Assembly: GCA_041690295.1 (NCBI GenBank) | Contig: JAWLHR010000010.1 | Coordinates: forward strand, 43,580-107,579 | Direction: 5' to 3' | Length of the DNA stretch: 64,000 nt | DNA from: Bdellovibrionales bacterium | GTDB lineage: Bacteria; Bdellovibrionota; Bdellovibrionia; Bdellovibrionales; UBA1609 | The notes under the pieces: generated by a model | Told to the model about the DNA's origin: nothing | Databases searched by the model: none | The model's input: only the letters and a program-made list of their open reading frames with translations | Shown: piece by piece, positions 37,807-48,176 of the stretch | How the letters are laid out: every line of letters begins with the position of its first letter | How positions within the stretch are numbered: position 1 is the stretch's first letter | Position numbers and translations under genes: made by a program

Positions 37807-38337
37807 TTATTTCTGAATAAGGAACAATTCCGGCGCGCGTCCGTATACGAAATCGCGCCAGTAAAAGAGAGTCGGGGTGAGGAGAGCCCAGATCACGCCA
37901 TGTAAGGCCAAGCTCAAGGGCAGCGGGCGAGCGTAATTCAAAATTTCCACGGCCTCACACCACACATAGGCCAGCGGACCGCTGACGGCGCCGATGGCCA
38001 TGAACAAAAGCAGATTCTTACGCCAGCGCAGCAGGCTTTCAGAGGTCAGCCCCAACAACACCCACATCGACACCAGCCAAAGGGGCGCGAAGGACCCATT
38101 GTTTGGAAGGGTGAAAAGACCGAACTGGATCAAGGCCGAATCCACCACCCAACCCATGACCGCTAGGCCGGCAAGGAAGATCAATTCCGCCGTGGGAAAC
38201 CGGGCGACAAACACCAAGTGAATTCCGACCCAAAAGGGGAGCAGAACCGGCCCCAGCCACGCGTAACCATAAATCGCGCCCATGGCGCAAGCCCACCAGC
38301 CAAGGTAGTAGGAAATGAAGCCGACCGATTGTCTCAT
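37807..38337 (-). CDS. DUF2878-like membrane protein
   Basis: GWWAC, PLWL..W, GAVSGPLAY patterns. Confidence 0.7.
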   Translation of the reverse strand: MRQSVGFISYYLGWWACAMGAIYGYAWLGPVLLPFWVGIHLVFVARFPTAELIFLAGLAVMGWVVDSALIQFGLFTLPNNGSFAPLWLVSMWVLLGLTSESLLRWRKNLLLFMAIGAVSGPLAYVWCEAVEILNYARPLPLSLALHGVIWALLTPTLFYWRDFVYGRAPELFLIQK

Positions 38338-38448
38338 GATGGGACAGTTTCCTTTCGCCGCGGCTCGCCTGTCAATGATGCGTCCCAGTCTGAGTCAAAT
38401 CCTAAACTGAAGGACCGTGAACACCGATAGGTATAGGTGGAGGAACGT

Positions 38449-38733
38449 ATGCGACGAGGAATCGTCCATTCCATTTTATGGCTGGCGATATTCGGTTTTT
38501 CCGCGGCTTGCAGCAAGGGTGGTCAGTTGACCCTTGAGCCGGGCGCGCGCAAGGCCAACAAAGGTTCACCCACGGTCAAAGTGAATCAGGGCGGTAAAGC
38601 TCTGGTTTGGGAGCAAGGTAAGTCCCACACGACCGGCGTTCATGGCTGGATCAGTGTTCAAACGATATCCGCCGCCGATCTAAAGAACTCCGCGGGAACC
38701 GAAAGCGCGATACTCAACAAAGTTAAAAAATAG
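38449..38733 (+). CDS. Small lipoprotein
   Basis: GGAGG SD, ATG 38449, lipobox SAAC. Confidence 0.65.
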   Translation: MRRGIVHSILWLAIFGFSAACSKGGQLTLEPGARKANKGSPTVKVNQGGKALVWEQGKSHTTGVHGWISVQTISAADLKNSAGTESAILNKVKK

Positions 38734-38779
38734 TTCTTAACGCGGAGTTGTGGGCGTCATTCTATGCTAAGATGCCCGC

Positions 38780-39820
38780 ATGCAACCGATTACCACCGCC
38801 TTCACGGAAATGTTCGGCATTTCCTATCCGGTTTTGGCCGCGCCGATGTTTTTGGTCAGCAACGAGGATATTGTCGTGGAAGCGGCCGAGGCGGGCGGGA
38901 TCGGCGCTTTTCCCGCCTTGAACTTTCGTCCCATCGATCGTTATCGTGAGGCGCTCGCCACGATTAAAAACCGCACCAAAAAGCCGATCGGCGTGAACAT
39001 CATCGTAAATAAAAGCAATTTACGCCAAAGCGATGATCTCAAGTGGGCGCTGGACGCGGGTGTGGAGTTGTTCATCACTTCGCTGGGGAATCCCGAAGAA
39101 GTGATCAAAGAGGCTCACCGCAACGGCGCCAAGGTGTTTTGTGATGTCACCAATCTTGAGCACGCGCTCAAAGTTCAGGACTTGGGAGCCGATGGCGTGA
39201 TCGCGGTGGGCCAGGGTGCTGGCGGACACGCGGGACCGATTTCACTTTTGGTTTTAATCCCCTGGCTGAAGTCACGGCTGAACATTCCGGTGATCGCGGC
39301 GGGCGGAATCGCCCATGGTTCGGGACTCGCCGCTTGCCTGGCGCTCGGCGCGGCGGGTGTTTCCGTCGGCACCCGTTTCATCGCCAGCCATGAAGCGCGA
39401 GTGGATAAGGCTTATAAGCGCGCGGTCATGGACGCGTCTCCCGAGGATATTGTCATGACCACCCGGATTTCAGGAACACCCGCGGCGGTGATCAAAACAC
39501 CTTACGTGGAAAAGATGGGATTGGACTTACCGTGGATCGTAAAAGCCCTGAAAGAACATCCGCGGTCTAAAAAGATCGTCACTCCGATGATTCACTGGCT
39601 GGGCATGCGCACGCTCGAGGAGAGCGCCAAAACCAAACGGCGTTATGCGCGTAAATCAAGATGGAAGTCGGTTTGGAGCGCCGGCCAATCCGTCGGGATG
39701 GTGGATGAGATTTTGTCGGTGCGTGAGATTTACGAAAAAATCATCCGTGAATATTACGAGGCGATTGCGCGGCTCCCGGCGATCGAAAACACGAAGAACT
39801 GCCCCACTAGCCTGCAGTAA
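38780..39820 (+). CDS. Nitronate monooxygenase / FabK-like flavoenzyme
   Basis: APMFLVS, AGGHAG, PVIAAGGI, GTRFIAS. The last codons lie in the IS inverted repeat. Confidence 0.9.
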   Translation: MQPITTAFTEMFGISYPVLAAPMFLVSNEDIVVEAAEAGGIGAFPALNFRPIDRYREALATIKNRTKKPIGVNIIVNKSNLRQSDDLKWALDAGVELFITSLGNPEEVIKEAHRNGAKVFCDVTNLEHALKVQDLGADGVIAVGQGAGGHAGPISLLVLIPWLKSRLNIPVIAAGGIAHGSGLAACLALGAAGVSVGTRFIASHEARVDKAYKRAVMDASPEDIVMTTRISGTPAAVIKTPYVEKMGLDLPWIVKALKEHPRSKKIVTPMIHWLGMRTLEESAKTKRRYARKSRWKSVWSAGQSVGMVDEILSVREIYEKIIREYYEAIARLPAIENTKNCPTSLQ

Positions 39821-40311
39821 ATCGTGGCGAGAATTTTGCCCTTAACCACCGGGCATGCGACCAAGCTGCCCCTATTGTCATTCATCACAAGAATTGTCCG
39901 ATCGCCGGATGCGAATTTTAAAGGCCGGATTTTTCCGCCGAACCTCCGACGGAAAAAGAGTGCGAAGATTAAGCCCACTCACCGCACCTGATGTACAATT
40001 CAAATCCGATCAAAATCCAATGTATCCGGAAATCTTAAGGCGTCACTTTCCTTTAAATTCGCATGAGCGGTTTAAGGGGCAAAGGGGTTCGATTGTCGGA
40101 CAGGGAGAATTGAAGAAGATCCGATTTGATCCACTTTTTAGCTTGAATCACACGTGTGCGATGCCGAGCCAATATCAATAGGCTAGTGCGAAAGACTTGG
40201 TGCACAACGAAAATCCCGCATAGATTGCGCCTTCATCTCGCCATCTATGCGGTTTATCACAACAATATGAATCGGGCGGGGCCTTTACCTGCAGGCTAGT
40301 GGGGCAGTTCT
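39795..40311 (+). mobile_element. Internally deleted, frameshifted IS1-like element (517 bp)
   Basis: Perfect 23-bp IRs AGAACTGCCCCACTAGCCTGCAG (39795-39817 and 40289-40311). The remnant ORF has an N-terminal CPYC..GFFRR and, after a frameshift, RANINRLVRKTWCTTK..H..Y..YHN, like the IS1 InsB C-terminus. Confidence 0.8.
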
Positions 40312-40788
40312 GTTACGTACCGAAAGAGTGAGTGTGTATTTCATCACCGGCTCTTCGCCGGCCTTCGGCACAATGGCGTATCCGGAAAAGGTTTTCTCCA
40401 ATCGCTCGCTGCTTTCAAGGGATTGCTGAATCAGCTCGTTCACCTCAGCCGCTTGCTCACAAATAAAATGCGTGTGACCGTCGGCGCGGCGGAGAAACTG
40501 GGCCGAAAAATCTTTGAAGATAAAATCGATTTTCTTTCCCGACTCCTGAATGGCTTCGATGGCCTTCAGGGCGATCGACAATTCCGCGCCCATGGCGAGC
40601 GCTCCGAAATACATCACACCCAGGTGATTGCGCGTGCGCCGATCCAGACGAACACGAATGACACTGCGACTTTCGGACAACTCCATCACTCGCGGCGTGA
40701 TCAATCCCAGAAGCGGAATTTGAACCATCGAGTAGGCGTTGATGAGAGCGGTGAGTTTGAGAGTCTTAAGATCAGGGATGGAAGTCAT
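40285..40788 (-). CDS. Hotdog-fold thioesterase-like protein (DUF4442-like)
   Basis: TRNHLGVMYFGALAMGAE; FLRRADG. Confidence 0.8.
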   Translation of the reverse strand: MTSIPDLKTLKLTALINAYSMVQIPLLGLITPRVMELSESRSVIRVRLDRRTRNHLGVMYFGALAMGAELSIALKAIEAIQESGKKIDFIFKDFSAQFLRRADGHTHFICEQAAEVNELIQQSLESSERLEKTFSGYAIVPKAGEEPVMKYTLTLSVRNRTAPLACR

Positions 40789-40835
40789 CGGCGTTCCAGA
40801 CCGCGGGCGACTTGATCGTCGCCCGCTCGAAAAAA

Positions 40836-42644
40836 TTAAGCCTGGTGAAAGGCGACTTTTAATTTTTCGTTATAGTCCATCAACTCGCGGGGGAGCCGGT
40901 CTTGGAAGCGAGCCAAGAACTCCCGATGGCAATCCAGCTCCTGGCGCCAGGCCACCGCATCGAGATGGTTCAGTTCGTTGAAATCAGCGGCCGGGAAATT
41001 TTCGAGGCCGGTCCAGTTCATATCTTCGAAGGCCGGCGCGGTTCCAAGCGCGGTTTTACGTCCCTTGGCGCGGCCGTGCACGCGTTCGAAGATCCACTGC
41101 AAAACTCTCATGTTGTCCGAGTAGCCAGGCCAAATGAATTTGCCGGCTTCATTTTTACGGAACCAATTGACGCCGAAGAGAAGCGGCAGTTTCAGCCCTT
41201 CTTTTTCCGCGAAGCGGAGCCAATGATTGAAGTAGTCACCCATGTTGTAGCCGCAGAAGGGGAGCATGGCCATCGGATCCCGACGGACCAAACCGCACTG
41301 GCCGGTAGCGGCGGCGGTGGTTTCCGAACCCAGAGTCGCGCCGAAATAAACGCCCGCGGTCCAATCTTCAAGTTCAGTGACCAGCGGAATGAGTTGCGGG
41401 CGGCGGCCGCCGAAAATCATGGCGGAAATCGGAACACCTTCCGGTTTTTCCCAATCCGGATCCACGCTGGGGCACTGTTGAATGGAAACCGTGAAGCGGG
41501 CGTTCGGGTGAGCCGCGGGGCGACCGCAGCCCGGAGTCCACTCCTGGCCTTGCCAGTCGATCAAGCGAGCGGGCGGTTCGGGAGTCATGCCTTCCCACCA
41601 AACATCGCCGTCCTCCGTCATCGCCACGTTGGTGAAGATCACATTCTCACGGATGGTTTCCATGCAACGTGGATTGGTGCGCGCCGATGTGCCTGGCGCC
41701 ACGCCGAAAAATCCGGATTCAGGGTTGATGGCATAGAGCCGGCCATCTTTTCCGGGACGAATCCAGGCAATGTCATCACCCACGGTGGTCACCTTCCATC
41801 CGTTAAAAACTTCCGGCGGTTGCATCATGGCGAAGTTGGTTTTTCCGCAGGCGCTGGGGAAAGCGGCGGTGACATAGATTTTTTGGCCTTTCGGGTTTTC
41901 CACGCCGAGGATCAGCATGTGTTCGGCGAGCCAGCCGTCCTTGCGACCCATGGTTGAAGCGATTCTCAGAGCCAAACACTTCTTACCCAGCAAGGCGTTG
42001 CCGCCGTAGCCGCTGCCAAAGGACCAGATTTCACGGGTTTCGGGATAATGAACGATGTATTTTTCTTCATTGCACGGCCAGGGGACGTCTTTAGCGCCAT
42101 CGGCCAGCGGCGCGCCCACCGAGTGCACGCAACGGACGAATTCAGAAGAATCGCCCAGGCGATCGAGAACCTTGGTCCCCATTCGGGTCATGCGCTTCAT
42201 ATTGATGACGACATAAGGAGAGTCGGTGATTTCAATGCCGATCTGAGAGGCTTCGGCCGCCAAAGGACCCATGCAAAACGGGATCACGTACATCGTGCGT
42301 CCGCGCATGCAACCTTTGAAGAGCGAGCCCAGTTTGGTCCGCATTTCCGTGGGATCGACCCAATTGTTGTTCGGGCCGGCTTCTTCCGGAGTCGCGGCAC
42401 AAACAAAAGTGCGATTTTCAACTCGGGCCACATCTTTGGGATCGGAAAGCGCCAAGTAACTGTTGGGACGTAAAGTTGGATTGAGTGGCTTCAAAGTTCC
42501 ACTGGCCACCATTTGTGCAATCAATTCGCGATCTTCCGCTTCCTCACCGGTGCAGTAGTGGATCCGTGCCGGCTGGCAAAGGTCAGCAATTTCCTGCACA
42601 AACTGCTGCACAAAACGGTTTGAAATGGACGATTGAACCATCAT
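40836..42644 (-). CDS. pckG: Phosphoenolpyruvate carboxykinase (GTP)
   Basis: [36 protein letters not shown]. Confidence 0.97.
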   Translation of the reverse strand: MMVQSSISNRFVQQFVQEIADLCQPARIHYCTGEEAEDRELIAQMVASGTLKPLNPTLRPNSYLALSDPKDVARVENRTFVCAATPEEAGPNNNWVDPTEMRTKLGSLFKGCMRGRTMYVIPFCMGPLAAEASQIGIEITDSPYVVINMKRMTRMGTKVLDRLGDSSEFVRCVHSVGAPLADGAKDVPWPCNEEKYIVHYPETREIWSFGSGYGGNALLGKKCLALRIASTMGRKDGWLAEHMLILGVENPKGQKIYVTAAFPSACGKTNFAMMQPPEVFNGWKVTTVGDDIAWIRPGKDGRLYAINPESGFFGVAPGTSARTNPRCMETIRENVIFTNVAMTEDGDVWWEGMTPEPPARLIDWQGQEWTPGCGRPAAHPNARFTVSIQQCPSVDPDWEKPEGVPISAMIFGGRRPQLIPLVTELEDWTAGVYFGATLGSETTAAATGQCGLVRRDPMAMLPFCGYNMGDYFNHWLRFAEKEGLKLPLLFGVNWFRKNEAGKFIWPGYSDNMRVLQWIFERVHGRAKGRKTALGTAPAFEDMNWTGLENFPAADFNELNHLDAVAWRQELDCHREFLARFQDRLPRELMDYNEKLKVAFHQA

Positions 42645-42761
42645 TCTCCCCTTCGTTTGATTTTGGACACTCAGTTATATAGTGGGACCACGAACAAATA
42701 TCGTCCGAAAACGCAAAGTGTCAATTACTTGAAGTGCCATCCGCACGGGTTAGGATAAGGC

Positions 42762-44030
42762 ATGTTTAATCCAACAGGCGATCAACTTGCCGCAACCATT
42801 TGTTTTACTTTGGCAATTCTGCACACCTTTTCGGTGAGCCTCTTCAATCGCTGGGCGAACCGCTGCCGCTCGGGCTCGGTTAAAGAGAATTTTCTACATC
42901 TCATGGGCGAAGTTGAAGTGGTGTTTGGACTCTGGGCCGGTATCTACTTGTTTATTCTGGCTTTGATGAGTGGGCTTGAGCCGAGCGTCCAATACCTCGA
43001 GAGCTTGAATTTCACCGAACCGTTTTTTGTTTTCGTGGTGATGACCGTATCCGCCACCCGGCCGGTTCTGGAATGGGCGACGTTCTTCATTGGTAGCATC
43101 GCGCGTGTGCTCCCGCTGCCGGCCAATTTTAGTTTTTATTTTGTCACGCTCACGGTTGGGCCGCTTCTTGGAAGTTTTATTACGGAGCCCGCGGCGATGA
43201 CAGTGACCGCGTTGATCCTGCTTGAGCGCTTCATGCAGAAAAAAGTGAGCTCTTTCTTCAAGTATTGCACGCTGGGGCTTTTGTTCGTGAACGTTTCCAT
43301 CGGCGGCACATTGACGCCGTTCGCGGCGCCGCCGGTCCTCATGGTTTCAAGTATTTGGAATTGGGACCTGATGCATATGTTGACCCACTTTGGTTGGAAG
43401 AGCGCCTTGGCCTGTGTGGTTACGACCGCCATCGGGGTGGTCCTGGGAATGAAGGACTTAAAGAAAATTCCCCAGGCGAAGCGGGGCAAGGCCTTCACCG
43501 CGCCGTTTTGGGTGGGTGCGCTTCACCTTGTGATGCTCGCGGCGATCGTGTTCATGCACACTCGAGTCACTGTTTTCTTGGGTTTATTCCTCTTTTTCCT
43601 GGGTGTCGTCACCGTGACGAAGGAATATCAGAACGAACTGAAACTCCGCGAAGCTTTGTTGGTGGCGTTCTTCCTCGGTGGCTTGGTTGTCTTGGGTCAA
43701 CCGCAGAGGTGGTGGTTGGAGCCGGTCCTCACTCAACTCAGTGCAGGAACATTGTTCATCGGAGCCGCGGGTCTTACCGCCATCATGGATAATGCCGCGC
43801 TCACTTATTTGGGCGCGCAGGTTCCCGATATTTCGGAAATGTCCAAGTATGCTCTGGTCGCGGGAGCGGTCACCGGCGGTGGCTTGACCGTGATCGCGAA
43901 CGCGCCGAACCCGGCCGGCTACAGCATATTGAATTCCACGTTCGGTGAAAATGGCATCAGCGCCCCCAAATTGTTCGCAGGTGCTATGCTGCCCACGCTG
44001 ATCGCCGCCGCTTGTTTCTGGTTCCTTTAA
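42762..44030 (+). CDS. Putative Na+/H+ antiporter (DUF1504-like)
   Basis: GEVEVVFGLW, GSFITEPAAMT, DNAALTY, GGGLTVIANAPNPAG. Confidence 0.8.
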   Translation: MFNPTGDQLAATICFTLAILHTFSVSLFNRWANRCRSGSVKENFLHLMGEVEVVFGLWAGIYLFILALMSGLEPSVQYLESLNFTEPFFVFVVMTVSATRPVLEWATFFIGSIARVLPLPANFSFYFVTLTVGPLLGSFITEPAAMTVTALILLERFMQKKVSSFFKYCTLGLLFVNVSIGGTLTPFAAPPVLMVSSIWNWDLMHMLTHFGWKSALACVVTTAIGVVLGMKDLKKIPQAKRGKAFTAPFWVGALHLVMLAAIVFMHTRVTVFLGLFLFFLGVVTVTKEYQNELKLREALLVAFFLGGLVVLGQPQRWWLEPVLTQLSAGTLFIGAAGLTAIMDNAALTYLGAQVPDISEMSKYALVAGAVTGGGLTVIANAPNPAGYSILNSTFGENGISAPKLFAGAMLPTLIAAACFWFL

Positions 44031-45376
44031 GGCGGCATGACCGGAACTTTAAATATCTTAGCCAAGGCGAGAAACGGCTCCGGTGCCATGGAGTCACGAT
44101 AGTGAACTTCAAGATGTTTAATGGCCTGCGCGGGTGACATTCCGGAATGTGTGGGGCTTTTCAACGCGAACTCCGCGAAGAGGTTCGCCACCCGGACAAT
44201 TTGCGCGAATGGGTGAATGGCATGTTTGGAGATCCCGCGGGGAAAGCCCGTGCCGATTTGGTCTTCGTGATGCTCATAAGCCACGGCCACCGCCTCGCTG
44301 GGGATGGCCTTCAGTTCAAGCAGGATATCCCGCCCGCGTAAAGGATGGGTTTCGATGGCCTTTCGCTCCGTATGAGTCAGGAGCGGCCGGGGTTTGGCGA
44401 GAAGTTCCCTATCGAGCTCCTTCTTGCCGATGTCATGGAAAATGCCGGCGACACTCAGCTTGAACAGGTTGGCGGTTGAGGTCCATCCCATTTGTTTGGC
44501 GATGAGAACGGAGAAAATGCTGACACATAGACTGTGAGCATAAATGTGATCCGAATGAGAATTCAGGCTTTCGAGTAAATTGAGAGAATTCGGTTCGTCG
44601 GTCAGGACGTTCATGCTGGTGGTGAGAAAATCGCGCGCTTCATTGTAGGCTTCATCATCCACTCCCGCGATGAACGCTCTTTCCAGAATGACCTCACCCG
44701 TGTAGCGCATGAAATTGGCCTTCTTCTCCATTTGGATTTTATCCGTTTGGGCCACGGTCTTGGCCAAATTAAGGTTGAACGAAACAAGGGTGCGGAAGTC
44801 GTCCTTGAGAACATAAAGATGTTTGAGCCCTTTGGATTTATACGTGTGAATGCGATCCACCGGAATGGGATCGCCTTTGCGACCGATCTTTACATAGCGG
44901 GAGCCCAGTTTGACATGGACATCGAAGTTCAAGTTGCCGGCCGAAACGAATTCTTCGAGGGAGACTTTGCAATATTCATTTTCCGATTTCTTTTTCTCCG
45001 GCTTTTCGTGGTTGAGTTTGTGCCCGCAAAGACGTTTGACCATGTCGAGAAGGTCGTGGGTCTCGAACGGTTTAAGCAAAAAGTCACTGGCGCCAAGGTC
45101 ATGGGCTTTTTTGGTTTCCATGACCAATGAGAAGCCGGTCATGAGCACGAACGGTGTGGGTTTGTTCGACTGCACCCATTGCAAAAGTTCGATTCCGGTC
45201 AAATGGGGCATTTGGGTGTCGGAAATGATCAGATCGAACGGCGATGAGACATTGATGATCTCGCGCGCTTTTTTTCCGTCCGGCGCGCCTGTGACTTTCC
45301 ATCCTTGTTCCGTCAATACATCCGTGACCGCGCCCAAAAAATGCGGGTCATCTTCGACGAGAAGAATGTTGAGCAC
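44027..45376 (-). CDS. Response regulator with HD-GYP domain
   Basis: REC (VEDD, SD, KPF); HDIGK; HHE..GTGFP. Confidence 0.9.
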   Translation of the reverse strand: MLNILLVEDDPHFLGAVTDVLTEQGWKVTGAPDGKKAREIINVSSPFDLIISDTQMPHLTGIELLQWVQSNKPTPFVLMTGFSLVMETKKAHDLGASDFLLKPFETHDLLDMVKRLCGHKLNHEKPEKKKSENEYCKVSLEEFVSAGNLNFDVHVKLGSRYVKIGRKGDPIPVDRIHTYKSKGLKHLYVLKDDFRTLVSFNLNLAKTVAQTDKIQMEKKANFMRYTGEVILERAFIAGVDDEAYNEARDFLTTSMNVLTDEPNSLNLLESLNSHSDHIYAHSLCVSIFSVLIAKQMGWTSTANLFKLSVAGIFHDIGKKELDRELLAKPRPLLTHTERKAIETHPLRGRDILLELKAIPSEAVAVAYEHHEDQIGTGFPRGISKHAIHPFAQIVRVANLFAEFALKSPTHSGMSPAQAIKHLEVHYRDSMAPEPFLALAKIFKVPVMPP

Positions 45377-45386
45377 GTTGTCCTCC

Positions 45387-46703
45387 CTAGTTCATCTGTC
45401 GACAGAGTGATTCCAAAGACGCCACGATGTCCTGATCGTACTCGGCGCGCCCGCGAAGCCTGGTGGCGGATTCTTGAGGCGCAAGGCCGGCACAGGGCTT
45501 GGTTCGTAGCAAATCAAAACAAAATTCATCCGCGATGTGAATGATACGGGCCATGATATGAATTTGGTCGCGGTGGAGCTTGTTGGGATATCCGGTGCCA
45601 TTGCAGTTCTCGTGGTGCTGAAGTATGACGTCACAGATCTCAGAAGGGAAGAGCCCGGTTTCCCGTAAAATTCGTGATCCAAGTTCCACATGGGAGCGAA
45701 GGATTTTCCGCTCCTCGGGCGTTAAACTGCTGGTCGGGCGGTTGATAAGGTTGGGATCAAGCTTAAGTTTGCCCACGTCCTGAAAGAGCGCGGCGACAGC
45801 GATGTTGTAGCAATCGGCGATCGAGAGTTTATTCCGTTGGGCAAGCATGACGGAAACGGCCGTGGACGCCAGAGTGTGGGAGTAGGAATAACTTCCGTTT
45901 TCCTGCATGCCCGAAATAAGTTCCCAAAAATCCGCCGAATTCACGTTGTGAAGAAAACATTTGATGAACTCGATGGACGTGTCGACCGCTTCCTGATCGA
46001 TCCCTTGAAATTTAATCTTTTGCGATAAAAGTTCGATGCTGTTTTTTAAAAGCTGTGATTTCGCGCGCGGATCGATTTTCCGGGTTTTCGACGCGGCTTT
46101 GAGGTTCATCACCTGAAGGGGAATGAGCTGATTCAAGCTTTCGATTTCCGTGTAAAGGCAGGGCTTATCGCGAAGACTTTGATCGAGTTCGCAAACTTCC
46201 CCGCGATTGGAAATTTTCCTAAGCCGTCCGTCGAATTCCGCGTAGATATTGCACTCGGAGTAAAGACCGCGAACCACTTCGGCCACAGGTAAGACCGCGA
46301 AACCTTCGAATGAGGGGTAAAACGGTAGGTCCTGCCGAGGACGCGCGGGGTTCAGGGAGAAATCAATCGCCCGCAGAATTTCTTCACGGGTGAATGGTTT
46401 ATATAACAGATCCGCCGCCCCGGCATTGGTCGCTCGCGCCGTCGCCAGAGCCTCCATATGTCCCGTGATCAGAATCAATGGAGTGGTGGAGCGATGCTGT
46501 TTGACCCACTCAACCAGTTGCAGGCCGTCCATTTCGAGCATTTGAAAGTCGGAAATGATGCAATCGAAATCTTCATTCTCGAGAATGGAAATGGCTTCCT
46601 CACCGGTCAGGGTCGACACCGCGCGATGACCGTTGGATTCAAGCAGTCCGGCCAAGGCGGAAGCAAAAACATTGTCGTCTTCAGCAATTAAAATTCTTGC
46701 CAT
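45387..46703 (-). CDS. Response regulator with degenerate HD-GYP domain
   Basis: Start MARILIAEDD; QDVGK in place of HD; HHENCNGTGYP. Confidence 0.88.
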   Translation of the reverse strand: MARILIAEDDNVFASALAGLLESNGHRAVSTLTGEEAISILENEDFDCIISDFQMLEMDGLQLVEWVKQHRSTTPLILITGHMEALATARATNAGAADLLYKPFTREEILRAIDFSLNPARPRQDLPFYPSFEGFAVLPVAEVVRGLYSECNIYAEFDGRLRKISNRGEVCELDQSLRDKPCLYTEIESLNQLIPLQVMNLKAASKTRKIDPRAKSQLLKNSIELLSQKIKFQGIDQEAVDTSIEFIKCFLHNVNSADFWELISGMQENGSYSYSHTLASTAVSVMLAQRNKLSIADCYNIAVAALFQDVGKLKLDPNLINRPTSSLTPEERKILRSHVELGSRILRETGLFPSEICDVILQHHENCNGTGYPNKLHRDQIHIMARIIHIADEFCFDLLRTKPCAGLAPQESATRLRGRAEYDQDIVASLESLCRQMN

Positions 46704-47514
46704 TGTTTTGTCCGAGAATTTCGTCCGCAAGGACATCCGATTGGTCGAAGGGGATTTCAAAAACAAAGCTCGTGCACGGCGCTTCTTGATCGAAATACAA
46801 ATTTCCGCCGTGGGATTCGATGATACTTTTGCAGATGGGAAGTCCGAATCCCGTGCCGCTTTCCAGGGATTTAGTGGTGAAATTCGGCATGAACATTTGG
46901 GCTCGGATCTCCTCTGGAATCGGAGGGCCGCTGTCCTTCACGGCAATTTTCAACCGTTCATTGGATTCGGTCACTTCGATCAAAGTCCAGCGATCGGACA
47001 GTCCCTGAACGGCGTCGAAGGCATTGTTCAGCAGATTGATCAGAACCTGAATCAACTCGTTCGCCCGGCAATGAACCGGTTTTTGTTCAGGAATTCGAAA
47101 ATCCACTTTCAGATCCACCCCGGATCTTCTGAACTTTCCTTCGCAAAGGAGCAGGGTGTCTTTAATGAGTTCGTTCACCTTGATTTCGCGAATGGATTCG
47201 GAAGGGCCCTGGCTGGCCAGTTTGCGGACGGTGCCCACGATTTTCGTGAGCTTGTTAGTGACCTGCAGGATCATGTCCATCATATTTTCGATTTCCGCGG
47301 AAGAGACGCCGTTTTGGGCCTTTTGCTTCAAACCTTGCGCGATCAAAACGATCGCACCCAGTGGAGTGTTAATCTCATGGGCGATTTGCCCGGCCATTTC
47401 GCCGAGCGCCGACAGCTTCGCCTTCCTCAGTAGGTGCGTGGCCACCGGTGATATTGATGGATTGCTTCGATTCATGGTTGGGACTCGTTCAAGTCTATTA
47501 AGACTTGTACTCAT
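46681..47514 (-). CDS. Cytoplasmic histidine kinase without a sensor domain
   Basis: AHEINTPL, NLLNNA, DSG, FTTK..GTGFGL. Confidence 0.88.
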   Translation of the reverse strand: MSTSLNRLERVPTMNRSNPSISPVATHLLRKAKLSALGEMAGQIAHEINTPLGAIVLIAQGLKQKAQNGVSSAEIENMMDMILQVTNKLTKIVGTVRKLASQGPSESIREIKVNELIKDTLLLCEGKFRRSGVDLKVDFRIPEQKPVHCRANELIQVLINLLNNAFDAVQGLSDRWTLIEVTESNERLKIAVKDSGPPIPEEIRAQMFMPNFTTKSLESGTGFGLPICKSIIESHGGNLYFDQEAPCTSFVFEIPFDQSDVLADEILGQNNGKNFNC

Positions 47515-47656
47515 CCTAGCGCAATCCTGGCCGCCGTCACGAAAACACTAAAAATTGTTTATTAAACAAACCTATTCTAGTCGTTGGCCTAGACTCTCAA
47601 GGTTTATTGATGTCATTTTCGATACGGGCTCGGCTTCGTGAATTTGGGAGTCGTAC

Positions 47657-48088
47657 TCAATCTTTCGTGCAGTTGGAACACAGGCCATAGAAGACAACCG
47701 AAAGGTTGGCTTTGGAAAAACCATGGACGTCTCTTAAGGCTTGTTCGATTCGTTGGAAAAGTTCCGGTTTGCCCCGGCTGGATCGTCCGCACTCTTTGCA
47801 AATGAAGTAATGGTGAACCTTCCGGTCAAAAACAAACTGGAAGCACTTTCCCACTTTGGGAAGATTCAACTCCTGAAGGACGTCCATTTTCTTTAAAACC
47901 TGGAGATTTCGGTAAATGCTGGACCGGTCAACGCTGTCCAGAACTGATCCCACATGGTCGTAAATTTCGCGAAGGGGAATGCGGCGGGTCTTATTATTCA
48001 AAATAAACTGTATAAGCGCCCGGCGGGCTGGCGTTATGCGCATATTATTCGCGCGTAAGACCGATATGAGGTCTTTATGGCGTTTCAT
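47657..48088 (-). CDS. Fur family transcriptional regulator
   Basis: RITPARRA, SIYRNL, HHYFICKECG, GLCSNC. Confidence 0.9.
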   Translation of the reverse strand: MKRHKDLISVLRANNMRITPARRALIQFILNNKTRRIPLREIYDHVGSVLDSVDRSSIYRNLQVLKKMDVLQELNLPKVGKCFQFVFDRKVHHYFICKECGRSSRGKPELFQRIEQALRDVHGFSKANLSVVFYGLCSNCTKD

Positions 48089-48107
48089 CCTGGGACCAGG
48101 CTATCCC

Positions 48108-48129
48108 TTAATGCAACATATTGCAATAA
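48108..48129. promoter_or_regulatory. Palindromic operator, probably for the adjacent Fur-family regulator
   Basis: TTAATGCAACATATTGCAATAA is an imperfect palindrome in the divergent fur/sulP intergenic region. Confidence 0.6.
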
Positions 48130-48176
48130 AGTGGGCAGTGCACTAATCTTAGGGAAAGCCATCCTCAGAGAAAGTC

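Noticed and set aside
40902..41957. 351-aa plus-strand ORF
   Set aside because: Antisense shadow of pckG
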